This document shows, in pieces, positions 24,720-38,621 of a DNA stretch of 64,000 bases. Each line of letters starts with the position of its first letter. The first letter of the stretch is position 1. The DNA comes from Octopus vulgaris (taxonomy: Eukaryota). Made by a program: the position numbers and the translations under genes. The DNA is taken from NCBI GenBank assembly GCA_951406725.2, contig OX597823.1, positions 110,670,001 to 110,734,000 of the forward strand. Direction: 5' to 3'. Below the pieces are notes generated by a model. It searched no databases. It saw only the letters and a list, made by a program, of their open reading frames with translations, and was not told the DNA's origin.

Positions 24720-26129
24720 TTTGATACAATATTTGTCCCTACAACAAAAATCTAGAATATTTTTTCTACTTGTCACAATATGTGCTGGACTGTTATACTT
24801 TAAATAAACATTACCATAGATCTAATCAAAATATTTAACCTAATGTATATTAAGATGTAGAAATATATAAAAACAGAAATAAGAACATTTATAAAATTTA
24901 GAACTTCTGTGAGTCTCCTTAGTTAAATATAAAACTATATTCATCAACATTCAACTTGCTAATTATTATAATGATTTTATTAAATGTCCAAATGCCAACA
25001 AGTCATTATTAGGCCAAAGGTCAACAGATCATTATTAGATCAACAAGTTATTATTAGCTCAACATTAATAAGTGATTATTAGGTCATACCCAGCCAAAAA
25101 TAAAAAAAAGAAATATCTTTGTTTCAATGTTGTTTTTTCCTTAGTTGACTTTTTCTTGCCTTTCCTAATTTAATGGCAAAATTATAATATCAAATAATTA
25201 AATATTTTAATCAATAATGAAAAATGGCAGCTTTGATGGGGTGAGTGTTTAAAAACGAAAATAAATTCAATTATCTCATTCACTGATTAATAAAATATAA
25301 TATTTAAAAAAAATAGAAAATTATAATTTATTTTTATAATAAATCAATTAACCCTTTCATAAACCATACTTTTATTGATATATATTGTTAGTATTCCAAT
25401 TAATATTGAGAATAATCAAAGAACTTTTTAGCAATTAATTAAAATACCTAATTTTTTTTTTTATAAAACAGGTGTTTAGAACATATTTTCTCGTCAAAAA
25501 TTATTGGAGTTTTAAATTGCATTTACTCCTACTAAAATTGGCAATTTTATATCACAGAACCATAGTTAGTCTCAGATGGATTGGTATTTAAAAGGTTAAA
25601 TTTATTATAATGACAAATATCTAAAACTGTTTCAGCATATTCAAATTATTGAGGAAAAGAGCTAATTTAGAAGCTGAGCTGTAGTAGCTGTTGTTGGAGT
25701 TGTTGAGCCCCAGAACAGGTATGTTTAAACAGAACTATGACCAAATTAATCCAGCCATAACCATCACACCCCATTTTCAGACAGAATGTATTCAGGACAG
25801 CATAATCTCATGTTCCTTTTCATTTTTATTTTTAAGAGGATAAAGTGTGATTTGGGATTTGCAGTGTCAGAGTAAGTGAAAAAGGGGAGAGATATTTTGT
25901 TCATATTATAACTACTCCACTTCCCTTTTAAGGGTACACAGGACAACATTAAATAATCTATATAATTCCTTTTAATGATAAAGTGTTGTTCAAGAGGAAA
26001 TTAATTGTTATTTCTAGTATGTTAAGGAACCACGTAGAAAGACTCTTGTTGGATCATTGTTTTCACTGGTGGTAAGTTTCTTTCCTTTGGTATTAAAACA
26101 GCTTGATATCTATCAGCTTGATATTTCAT

Positions 26130-26690
26130 TTCATTTAACATTCTATACCATTTTTATCCTGTAGGCCGCAGGGGTACTAAAAAAACTGTCTGTTTAACGC
26201 TATATATCATTGCTGTTGTGTTAACCATGGTGGAATTAAAACCATTGAAGCATCAGTTTTTTTATTACCCATGCCTGCCGACAATGAAGCATCCATGTGT
26301 CTCTTTGACATTCTATAACAATGCTGTCATGTCAACCAGAATGGTATTAAAAGAACTGTTTATCTCTTTGACATTCTGTAGCATATCTGTCATGTCAACC
26401 ACTGTGGTATTAAAACAAATGCTTAGCAGTTTGACATTCTGTGTCATTGTTGTGATGTCAAACACCGTAGAATTACAATATCTATTTATCTGTTTGACAA
26501 TCTCTATTGTTTGACATTCTATATAATATTCATCATATAAACCTCATGGATATAGAAAATTCTGCTTGTCTGACATTATTAAGACAACAACAAAGGTGTT
26601 AAGTCTGTTTGGTCAGTGATCTATTGCACTGTTGTCATGTAGGCTATTAAGGTAGCAAGACATTGTTTGTTTGACATTCTATATCTAGTC
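26130..26690. repeat. degenerate 63-bp minisatellite
   Basis: Units carrying the tttgacattct marker start at 26301, 26364, 26427 and 26490, with looser units on both sides. Confidence 0.8.
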
Positions 26691-27357
26691 AGTGGGTCAG
26701 ATATAGAATGATCTTTAAGATAGTTATTTATGGCCAAATGTCAAACTTGATTCTTCAAACATCATTCAAAGTTATGACTATCATCTTTTTTTTCATGGTG
26801 TATGAGGCTCTACTGGTATGAGTGTGTAGTTAAGAGCATCATCTTGAAACTACATAATTTTCTATTCAATTACTGCTCTGTGGCACTATCTGCGATAGTC
26901 TTAGATCTTGTGAATGATGCTTGGTAGATAATTTTTTCAAAGAGACTAGTGTGTAATGCGAGAGGTGTTTTGCATTTAATTTTAGCATATAAATTATCAC
27001 ACAGGCTTCAATTAATGGCTAAGGAGGGTGATATATGTGAAAGACATGGCAAAATATTGGTTATGAATACAATGCTATGCCAACAATGAGGTATGAACTA
27101 TGGACCCTTACCTCAGAATCTTGACATCAATAGCAAATTGTCATCACATGTGTCATTAGAAGAAATCATTAGATTCCGAAATTTTCATGACCAATTATTT
27201 TATAAGTATGTGTGTGTGTGTGTGCATATGTTTGTGTGTGTTTGTGTGCGTGCTTTTGTGTGGAGTGTATGTATGTGTGTGAGAGTATACATATATGTGT
27301 GTGTGTATAAATATATATATATGCATATACACACCTGTGCGCACACACATACACATA

Positions 27358-27405
<48 letters not shown>

Positions 27406-28177
27406 TACATATACATATATGTATATATATATATATACATATATATACACTCACATATATACATATATATATACAAATATATATACATATATATATATAT
27501 GTATACAAAAATATACACATATATTTACCATTACAATTATTATTATTATTATTGTTGTTGTTGTTGTTGTTATTGTTGATGATGTTGTGCTTCAAAAAGC
27601 CTTCGGTCTTCGATTTACCACATGAGTTGGCGCCGTTCTTTGAAAACAGTTTTTCCTTGAGATTATCCTCAATCATTATGCCAGTTGCAAGCTATTAATG
27701 TTGTTATCAACAAAGTTATAAAATGAAAGAATTAAAAGCTAAACCAAAATGATTACCAAGTTTATTGAGAGAACTCAGCAAAAATGCCCATCATCATAAT
27801 TTTTGTTGTTTTCTAAATATATTTTTGCCTTTTTTTTTTTTTTCATTTATTATTTTTAAGGCAGGGTTTAGAGTGTAATGTAGAGTTGTGGTTCTTTGAA
27901 TGTGACTAGTCATCAGTAAATTCATTCAGCTAAGGGTAAAATTTGGATAAAAAGTAACTTTTTACTCACTGAAAATAGACAATTATGATGATGATGATGA
28001 TGATGATGATGTAGATGCTGATGCTGATAACAGTCATGATATGTGTGTGTGTGCATGTGTGCATGTGTGTGTATGTATACAAGTATATATATATATATAT
28101 ATATATGCATGTATATATATATGCGCATAAGTATATATTTGAGTGTCTGTGTGCCTATATGAGTGTACTTGAGCATA

Positions 28178-28208
<31 letters not shown>

Positions 28209-28280
28209 GTGTGTACCTGAAATAATCAGAAAAATAAAATTTTGTTTCCAGAGAAGATATTGATTGTGTGTGTGTGTGTG

Positions 28281-28590
<310 letters not shown>

Positions 28591-29360
28591 TATGTATACA
28601 TCATCATCATCATCATCATTTAGCATTGATTTTCCATGCTGTGCTGGAGCATTCCAAAGGAATCGGTGATCCAGAGGACGACTGCATCAAGCCCCAATAT
28701 CTGCTTCGGTATGGTTTCTCCCTCTGAATGCCCTTCCTAATGCCAACCACTTTACAGAGAGTAGTGAATGCTTTTAATGTAGCATTTGAACTGGTGATGT
28801 TACCATGTAAGTCACAAGAAAAGACCCATCCAATGATGGTTAGGTGTATTATTGAGAGAAGTGGCTTTATGTCAGATGATAAGAGTTTAAAGCAGTGGTT
28901 AAATGGCTAACTAAATAGGTTAGCAGTACTTGCCCAATTACCCGTACTATACTATGAACTTGAGTATGAGATTTTACTCTTAATTATCCCTTTTAAAGTA
29001 TGAACATTTTCAATTTATAAATTAATTTATCATTTTAAAAATATCAAAAATTAAACTTTACGAAGGTTAGACAATATTAGATCATTTTATATACACCTGT
29101 ATATTTGAATATTGTGGACTTGAATGCTGCAGTGATGGTTGTGTGGATTTATATTTTTTCCTGCAGCATAGCATGTAAGGCAAGTGTCTCCTACTGTAGC
29201 CCCTGCCATGCCAATGTCTTGGAGTGAATTGACAGATGGAAACTCAAAGAAGTTCCTTATATAAGTATACCTACATATATGTGTGTGGATAAATGTGTGA
29301 ATGTTTGCAATTTGTACTGTTTTATGATTACATACAGCTCATCTATAAGAGGTGATATAA

Positions 29361-29638
29361 TGGTTGATAACTGGGCTGCAACTGGTGAGGTTTGTTAACA
29401 TATCTTGCAAACAACTTGCACATGCAAGAGCTACCAGTCAAAAACTCCGCATACCGGAAGCCAGCAAGTGTATGGGGTCATCAGGAGAGAATGCGCGTCG
29501 TTTCGGGGCCTACCTCACGATGGCATCAATGCGCACCGGCCACCACTCACTGATATGAAACCCCGCTTGTTTGATCAACTGGTTATCAAATAAAGCTCAA
29601 TATTCTTCTAGCCATCACTCATCGTCTCTTTTTAACCA
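29361..29638. mobile_element. solo LTR-like or pseudo-LTR-like element
   Basis: TG...CA ends with an imperfect inverted repeat (tggttgataa / tttttaacca). AATAAA at 29589-29594, CpG-rich interior, no clean TSD. Confidence 0.45.
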
Positions 29639-30052
29639 AATCCAGTGGCTAGCCTTCTCCACTGTAGCTTGGATATCGGTCATGGTGGTATTGACTTTAC
29701 GATGAGTTAGGCCTAGCAATAACAACAGTCGTCTCACACTGTGTCAACATCCAGTTGACAAATTGTCCACTAGCTCCGTAGTTTCAAATATCTCTGCAAT
29801 AACAACATCCCTTGCTTGAAAAACGGGTAAAGGTTTGTGACAGAAAGAGCATCCAGCTACCAAAATCTTGTTTAAATCTTGTTAAAAATACTTCCTCTGT
29901 CTAAGCCATGCTTGTATGGATAAATAGGAGAATGGATAATAAGCATGTGTATGTCTGAGCATGTGTTAAAGACATAACTATATCCGAGTTCAATCTCTTT
30001 TTATTAACGAATTTTCATAGTTTTTTGTCAAGCTTAAATGTTTTATTTTAAA

Positions 30053-30449
30053 CTAGCAGTATCGCCCGGCGTTGTTCGGGTTTTGTAAGGGAAATAACTA
30101 TATAAGCATTTTTAGAGATGTAAAGTATAATAGCCATCTCAATATGGCTAACCACAAAGGGGGGGTGTTACTGTAGCTTTTTACGTTCTGAGATTTAATA
30201 ATAAGTTTTTAGAGAGTTACTTCCCTTATATATGCCAAAAATGCATCAAAAATGGGAAAAATTGATGGTAAATTTTTTTTAAAATCGTAGACTCATCGTA
30301 GATGCGCGCTAATACCCAGAAGGGCTCGCTATGAATCACGACTATAAGATACCCGATTTTGGCTAAACTGCACTGCAAAATGTGGGAGTAGTTAGGAATC
30401 TAAATCGTAGGAGACAGACAGCACACAGCCTCACTTTTATATATAAAGA
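30053..30449 (-). mobile_element. non-autonomous Helitron
   Basis: Minus strand starts TC(TTTATATATAAAAG) and ends CCCGAACAACGCCGGG hairpin + CGATACTG-CTAG. Inserted between A and T with no TSD. Confidence 0.85.
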
Positions 30450-30719
30450 TATTAATCTTCTGAAATCCTTTAGTCCATTAACATGTGGGAGATATATCAG
30501 CTTTATCCTCAAAATGGAGTTATAGTAGAATTGCTTTTACATGCTTTGTACTGGGTTGCAAAAGACTGCAGTAATGCTGGTCCTTTTCCATTTAAAAACT
30601 CTGGATTTAAAGAATTAACTGCTGTTAAAATAATAATAATGAAATTATTGTATACAGTGCTCAGGTGCACCAGAACTTGTCAAAAGTGCATATAAAGCAT
30701 ATGCAGTAATGTACATATG

Positions 30720-31100
30720 CTTTATACGCACTTTTGGTAGTTTGGTAGTTTCCATTTTTAATTTTGTGCGTTGTATCTGTGTCTTGATTTTTGACTTATA
30801 CTTTTCTATAAGCAAAGCTTTCACAGAAGTTTTACTAATTAGGTCTTTGATTTTGTTTTGTTTGGAGGAGAGGATACATTCATTAGAGGATTTTGTGTTG
30901 TCAGTTACTGCTTTTCTACTTTTGTTAAACATGTTGTAGTGTGTTGCAATTCTTCTATGTTGTAAATGCATAGTCATTCACAGGGAGAATGTTGTGCTTG
31001 TATGACCAATATAACAGTCTCATATATGGTCACATATCTGTTTTTTAAAAGATATTCAGTAATGTGCAAAATTTTCAGTGTGATATCAGGAGTTATAAAT
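30720..31100 (-). mobile_element. decayed Penelope-like GIY-YIG endonuclease fragment
   Basis: CYIGHTSTTFSL*MTMHLQH...IATH...ALLIEKYKSKIKTQ resembles PLE YIG.T...L..R.T.H and EAL.I....P.LN.Q motifs. Confidence 0.6.
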
Positions 31101-32686
31101 TTGTTGTATATTTCCCATGTATGAAAATGTAATTTCTTAAGCATTGCTTGATGTCTTATGCCGTCTTGAGAAAAATATACCCTCAGAAATGAATTGTGTG
31201 AGAATCAATAAGGACTCATTGGTACACACACACAAACACACATACAAACACAGAATATATATATGTAAGGATATCTTTTATTCTCTTGTGAAGTCACCAG
31301 TTCTCTTTGAACCAGTGGCATCATAGGAGAAGGAAGATACATGGATCAATTCCCATAGGTGACTTTCTTCCTTTTTCCTTCCAATGGAAATATATTTTTA
31401 CTTGATATAAGCCATTATTCATAACTTCATTTGCATTTAAGGATCTTCTGAAGAAGACTTGTTATCAAATTTCTTCAATGCTAAATGAGCCAATATATCC
31501 ATACACCCACACATATACACATATATATATACTACCATGCATTCAGTTAGCTTTTATTTATTCTACACACACTACTTCCATTCCTGCATCTTTATTTCCC
31601 CAATCTTTTTTCTTTCATGTCACCCTACTCGCAGTTAACAGTCTCTCCTCCATCTAACGGTATCCATGTTACATCCTCATTGAAATATCATCAGAAATTC
31701 TTCAATACTTATCACCTTATTTCAAATAATTTTGTGCAATCAAAGTAGCAGCTATTGTTCAGTTTTGAAAGTCATACTCACAATGATGAGAAGGAGGAGC
31801 AGTAGGAAGTGGATAAGGACGTGAAGAGAACAGGGATGGTTATGAGGAAGATGATGATGTGTATTAATGACAATGATTAAAATAATGATGATGATGATTG
31901 TGATGATTATGACGCAGACAAAATTCACATCAACAATAATAATATTAACAACAACAGAAATAATTCTAATACATGAACGCTTCTACTACTGCTACTACTA
32001 CAATTACTACTACCACTACTACTACTACTACTACTACTAACAATAATAAAGATAACAACAATAGAAATAACAGCAGCAATAACAACAACAGCAAGAAGAA
32101 GAAGAAGAAGAAGAAAAAAAAAAGAAGAAGAAGAAGAAGAATACAAATGATAATATTTATCATTATGATGCTGATAATATAAATATTATTATTAACAACA
32201 ACCAACATGAATAATAACATTAAAAGATAAAATGATAATAATAATAATAATAATAACAACAACAACAACAATAATAATAATAATGATAATAATGATGATA
32301 ATAATAAAGAATAATCATAAAGATTGTCAGACTCATAATGAATAAATAAATAAATATATAATTCTGGATAATTAAAGCAAGAAATGTGAAATATCAAAAG
32401 GCGGAACCATTGAAGAATGGTAGACTTTCTCTTTGGAACGGAATTCAAAGAATGAAAGCATTTCACAAAAATACTTGTATCTTGGAGATGTAAATTGGAG
32501 TTAGTGACAATTCCCTCGAATATCTCGTACTTGCCTGTGACTGAATGTGTGTGTTCAAGTGTCTAGGATTGTCTCCATAGATATATAATATAGCTGTGTT
32601 TGAGTGTACGTCTGTATATATCTGTATACATATGTGTGAATTTGTGTGTGTTGAATACATCTATCTTTGAACTATGTATGTATTAG

Positions 32687-32735
<49 letters not shown>

Positions 32736-32745
32736 ATCTATCTAC

Positions 32746-32815
<70 letters not shown>

Positions 32816-32867
32816 AAGATAGATAGATAGATAGATGGATAGATAGACAGACAGACAGACATAGATG

Positions 32868-32950
<83 letters not shown>

Positions 32951-33082
32951 GGATAGATAAACAAACAGACATAGATAGATAGATAGGTAGGTAGGTAGAT
33001 AACTGGAAAAGGGACCTCAACACATTTAGTAGGAGTTACATATATTATTTCAAACAGTTTGATTTGGTTCTGTGCTGCTTCA

Positions 33083-33187
33083 AGTTTTGCAGGCCCCTTA
33101 GCCAAACCTGACTCATTCAGGTTTCTGGAATAACTGGTGGCTCCAGAAGCCTCAATGAACTGTACACTGTTAGGGGCCTGTAAAACT
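33083..33187. mobile_element. small MITE-like element (16-bp inverted ends)
   Basis: agttttgcaggcccct (33083-33098) / aggggcctgtaaaact (33172-33187). Confidence 0.55.
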
Positions 33188-33267
33188 GGAACCGAACTTG
33201 GAATTATGGGGTTAGTCACATGCGCTCTTAACCACTACGCCATATGCCCAGGGCATATCGCGTAGTG
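33188..33267 (-). mobile_element. SINE family E head with mirrored 5' end
   Basis: Homologous to 35485-35572. Hairpin cactacgccatatgccc-a-gggcatatcgcgtagtg. Confidence 0.8.
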
Positions 33268-33304
33268 TTGAGTTCCCTTTCTTTCATTTGTCCCCTCACT
33301 TGTT

Positions 33305-33340
<36 letters not shown>

Positions 33341-33978
33341 GTGTCCTTGTTTTGACATTATGCAAGAGTTGTTAATGCATATCACCTTCAAGGTGTGTCA
33401 TTCATTTCCAATCTTCCACAAAAACATGTCTGGCAATGGGGAAACACTGCCTTATGTGGAAACAGGTACAGTTTGGTGACAGATGAAGCATCCAGCCGTA
33501 GAATATCTGCTTTGATGAACTGTACTGGCCACATGCAAACTTGGAAAAGTGAATGCTAAAACGACAGTGATGACGACGAAGATGATGATGACAACGACGA
33601 CGACGATGATGATGACGATGTTGCCAATGACATATATATTAACCATAAGAATAAATATTGAGCAGTTATGATGAAAATATTTCTTTCATGTGAAGGGATA
33701 AGCTGAGAACTCAGTGGAAGGGAAATAAAATTGATTTTGTATAATTATATAACGATATACGAATACATGGTGTAGAATGCGTTCATATTTATTCAACTGA
33801 TGCTTCCTTCTGTTGCTTCAAGCTGCACTGTTTGTTTACCCTGTTGCGCAGCGATCTACAATGATTATTAGCCATTATAGACCCATTAGATTGAAGACTT
33901 GTGGAACTTGAAAATGGCAGAAGAATCCAATGGAAACATAAACTATTATATAAGCATACACAAACACTCTCTCTCTCT

Positions 33979-34015
<37 letters not shown>

Positions 34016-34744
34016 ACACACACGCGCGCGTGCACACACACACGCACACAGAAGCATAATCCAATTATCTTTACTTAGACACATTATCCAGCTTCAAGAT
34101 GGCATTGTTCTAAGCTTTAATACATTTGTTCCCATTTTCATCCTTGAGGTTTTAAGGAAAACAAAATAATGTTCAAAAACAGAAATATTATTATTTCTAA
34201 GTCTCTCTAAAGGAGACTACGGCAGCGGTGCTGGATATTAACAGTTATCGCCAAGCTAATATGGCAGTCCATAAATATAGGACGAAAGCTGCCGTTGATT
34301 AGCTCCAAGAGGCCATCGCCTCTAGCTAGCTATAAGACACACAAATCTGTGACCATTATAACCTTCGAACAGGAGAGGTCAGCCACTTCCCCTTGCTGGT
34401 CAGTCATCTGCAGACATGTTTCAGGGTATTTGCTGTTCTAATCACAATTTAAATGGTTGTAATCCAGTTATAATGCTTCCCTAATATTCTAATTCTTTTA
34501 GTATTTGGGGTATAAGGACTACAGTAAAACCAAAACATTTAATCCTGCTTTTCGTTTTGTTTCCTTTAAGCTAAACCACCTTAATGAAGGCAGATGAAGA
34601 AGTGGAGGACATGGAAAAGAACCTCCTCTTACAGCTGACGTATTAACCCTTTAGCATTTAAATTGGCTATATTTGACCCCAAAATTCTACCTGCTTTATG
34701 CTCCAGCTAGACAGATCTCACCTTTCACACCAAAAATTTGATTC

Positions 34745-34945
34745 CAAATTTTGGCACAATACCAACAAGTTCAAGAAAAGGGCTAAGTCGATTATATTGA
34801 CCCCAGTGCTCAACTGGTACTCGTTTTATCCACCTCAAAAGTTTGAAAGTGAAAGTTAACCCTTGCTGAAGTTTAAACTCATCACATAAAGATGGATGAA
34901 ATGCCACTAAGCATCTTGCTCAAGCCTGTCTATGATTCTGCCAGA
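34745..34945 (-). mobile_element. old family-B-related SINE
   Basis: Degenerate aagtcgattat.ttgaccccagtg..caactggtac core. Confidence 0.6.
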
Positions 34946-34992
34946 AGCTTCAAGATATAGCATGATTAATTCAAAACACTATGAATAAAACC

Positions 34993-35162
34993 GTTCTATA
35001 TTTAAGAGATGAGGAATTATGTACATTATTTACATTGATAGATATTTGTCCTCTTGTTGTTAACACGTTTCGGCTGATATACTCTCCAGCCTTCATCAGG
35101 TGTCTTGGGGAAATTTTGAACCTGGGTTCTCATTCCTCAGGTATTTTCCGATGTTATTGTTA

Positions 35163-35235
<73 letters not shown>

Positions 35236-35572
35236 GCTGGACATTATTGTAGAGCTGAAAACGAGGCAATTTCTACTCTTCTCCTTTGGAAGCTATCTGC
35301 TCGCAATACCAGAAGGCGCACACTCCTACCCTGATGTAATCTCCAGGGTTACAGGCATCCAACAACAGGACCTCCGTAATGCTATGATGGACTGTGAAGT
35401 TTGGCGTAGCATGGTAAATTCCATTGTCTCGACCATGGTCAAACAATGATGATTATTATTATTATTATTATTCAGGTCACTGCCTGGAATCGAACTCGGA
35501 ATTATGGGGTTAGTCACCTGTGCTCTTAACCACTATGCCATATGCCCACGGGCATATGGCGTAGTGATTAAG
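34993..35572 (-). mobile_element. SINE family E: tRNA-like head, (TAA)n, hammerhead-bearing tail, mirrored 5' end
   Basis: Minus strand: gggcatatggcatagtggttaagagc (A box)...gagttcgattcc (B box), then (TAA)n, then GACAC-CUGAUGA-A-GGCUG..CAGCC-GAAAC-GUGUU at 35062-35104. Confidence 0.75.
35234..35455 (+). mobile_element. 3' fragment of the second RTE-group LINE, nested in the (TTA)n of SINE E
   Basis: AGHYCRAENEAISTLLLWK...YPDVISRVTGIQQQDLRNAMMDCEVW, homologous to 4465-4765. Confidence 0.85.
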
Positions 35573-35844
35573 CGGGCCCCAGTGTCAAACTCTCACCTTC
35601 ATCAAAGGCCAATGACATAACATTGGCCATTGAAAAGGTAATTACACTGGCAGTGCTCCACCATGGCCATGGCCTGGGCTGAAACATATAATAGAATAAA
35701 AGAATATGCAGAGTTACAGCTGACTCTTCTGCCCAAATATTTACATGTCCAGTCTGTGATTGAATCTGTACATCGAGTACTGATATTGAAAGCTATACAA
35801 ATGAAGAAGATGGTCATCAATGGATTATATATCTCACCACCTGA

Positions 35845-36050
35845 CAGGCCCTCATGCCCGTGGCACGTAGAAGCATCCACTACACTCTCGGTGTGGTTAG
35901 CGTAGGAAGGGCATCCAGCTGTAGAAACTCTGCCAGATCAGATTGGAGTTTGGTGCAGCCATCTGGTTCGCCAGTCCTCAGTCAAATCGTCCAAACCATG
36001 CTAGCATGGAAAGCGGTCGTTAAACGATGATGATGATGATGATGATGATG
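35845..36050 (+). mobile_element. RTE 3' UTR fragment
   Basis: Matches about 43440-43634. Confidence 0.85.
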
Positions 36051-36774
36051 ATAAGGAAGCAAGATTATCGAACTTAAGAAAGTTCTAAAGAGTACAAAGT
36101 AAAAGAAATGATGCACCATCATCCTCATCATCATCATCATCAGCATCATCACCACCACCGCCAGCATCATGACTGCTACTATCATTTTTCTCAGAGACGG
36201 AGTTGATGGCATCCTCAACGATAAGAATTTTAGAAACAATAGAAAAACAACAACAACAACAAAAATATACACTAATGCACTACATTACTCACAATAACAA
36301 TAACAAAAACAACAACAACAGCAATAACGATTATTAGTAAAGCATTTGACATTTGATATGTTTGGGGTTTATTTGGTAATTTAACTAAATAACAACTGCA
36401 GTAAGAACGACAGCAACAATATCAACAACAAACAACATTGGCAGAAATAACAACAACAACTGTGAGACAAGGTCAACATCAACTTCAGGAACAACAAGAA
36501 TATTGACAATCACAAGGAAATTTCACAAAAACACCAGCATAATCATCACCAATGGCAACTGTAATTGCAGCCGTAACAACAACAACAACGTAATCACCAA
36601 CAGCAGAGGAAAAAAATTACAAGAGAAACATCAATCGTAAATTTGTTGTGAATAATGATTTACCGAAAAATAGTCAAGGTTTTATTTTTCAGATGTTTTT
36701 TTAATGGGAGTTGGGATGGATGTGGTTTAAAGGGGGTAGGGATGATGGTGGTGGTGGTCATGGCAACAACAATA

Positions 36775-37440
36775 TTGATGATGAAGATGATGATGATGAT
36801 ATAATGACGACGATGATGATGATGAGGACAACAACATCAACGATGATGATGATGATGAGCTCAACAAGAACAACAACGATGATGATGATGATGATGATGA
36901 CTATGACGACGATGATGATGAATATAATGATGCTGATAATGATGATGATAATGATAAGGATGATGGTGATGATGAAGATGATGACAACGGCGACGATGAT
37001 GATGATGATGATGGTGATAACAATGATGATGAGTATGACGATAATAATGATAATGATGCTGACAATGATGATGATAATGATATGAACGATGATGATGATG
37101 ATGATGATGGTGATGATGACGATGATAATGATATGAACGACGATGATAGTGATGATGATAATGACGCCAATGATGGCGATGATGATGATGATAATGAAGA
37201 TGACCACATTGACGATGATGCTGTGGATGATGATGATGATAGCAATGACGGTGATAATACAGATAATGGTGATGATGATGATGATAATAATAACGATAGT
37301 GATGTAGACAATGATGATGACAGTGACGATGACGATGATGATGATAGCGGTGTGGTAACGATGGTGGTAGTGTAGTGGCGGTGGTGCTGATGATGACCAC
37401 GATAGCTACAACAATGATGATGATAATGAAGAGGAGGATG
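36775..37440. repeat. degenerate (GAT/GAC/AAT)n block
   Basis: Seen directly. Confidence 0.9.
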
Positions 37441-37904
37441 TTCATGATAGTAGTGGTGGTGGTTGCGGTGGTGATGCAGTAGCAGTGCTGGAAGGGGTGT
37501 TCCTTGAAGTATAAGTTGTGTTTGTTCATTGTGTGGTGGAACTGATTAAGGGAGTGTCGTATTAGCTTAGGAACAAAAATAATATATTTGATTGTTAATT
37601 TCCTGCAAATTTAAAACATGACAAAATTATCTCCAAAAATTGAATAAATAATTGCAAATAAATAAAAATTAAATAAACAATTTAAAATAAATAAATATAT
37701 AATAAGATAATAAATTTAAATAAATTGCAATGAAAGCATTTATAAATAAAATAAAATATAAATATGTAGAATAAAACAAATTTATTTTTATCTGTCGTTT
37801 CCCTAGTTTTATTCATTGAATTCTCGACATGCTGGGGCATAACTTTTAAAGCTCTTTAGTAGGATATGTCAAGCCTAGTAATGTTTTGGTGTACTATATC
37901 CTTT

Positions 37905-38583
<679 letters not shown>

Positions 38584-38590
38584 GTGGTGG

Positions 38591-38621
<31 letters not shown>

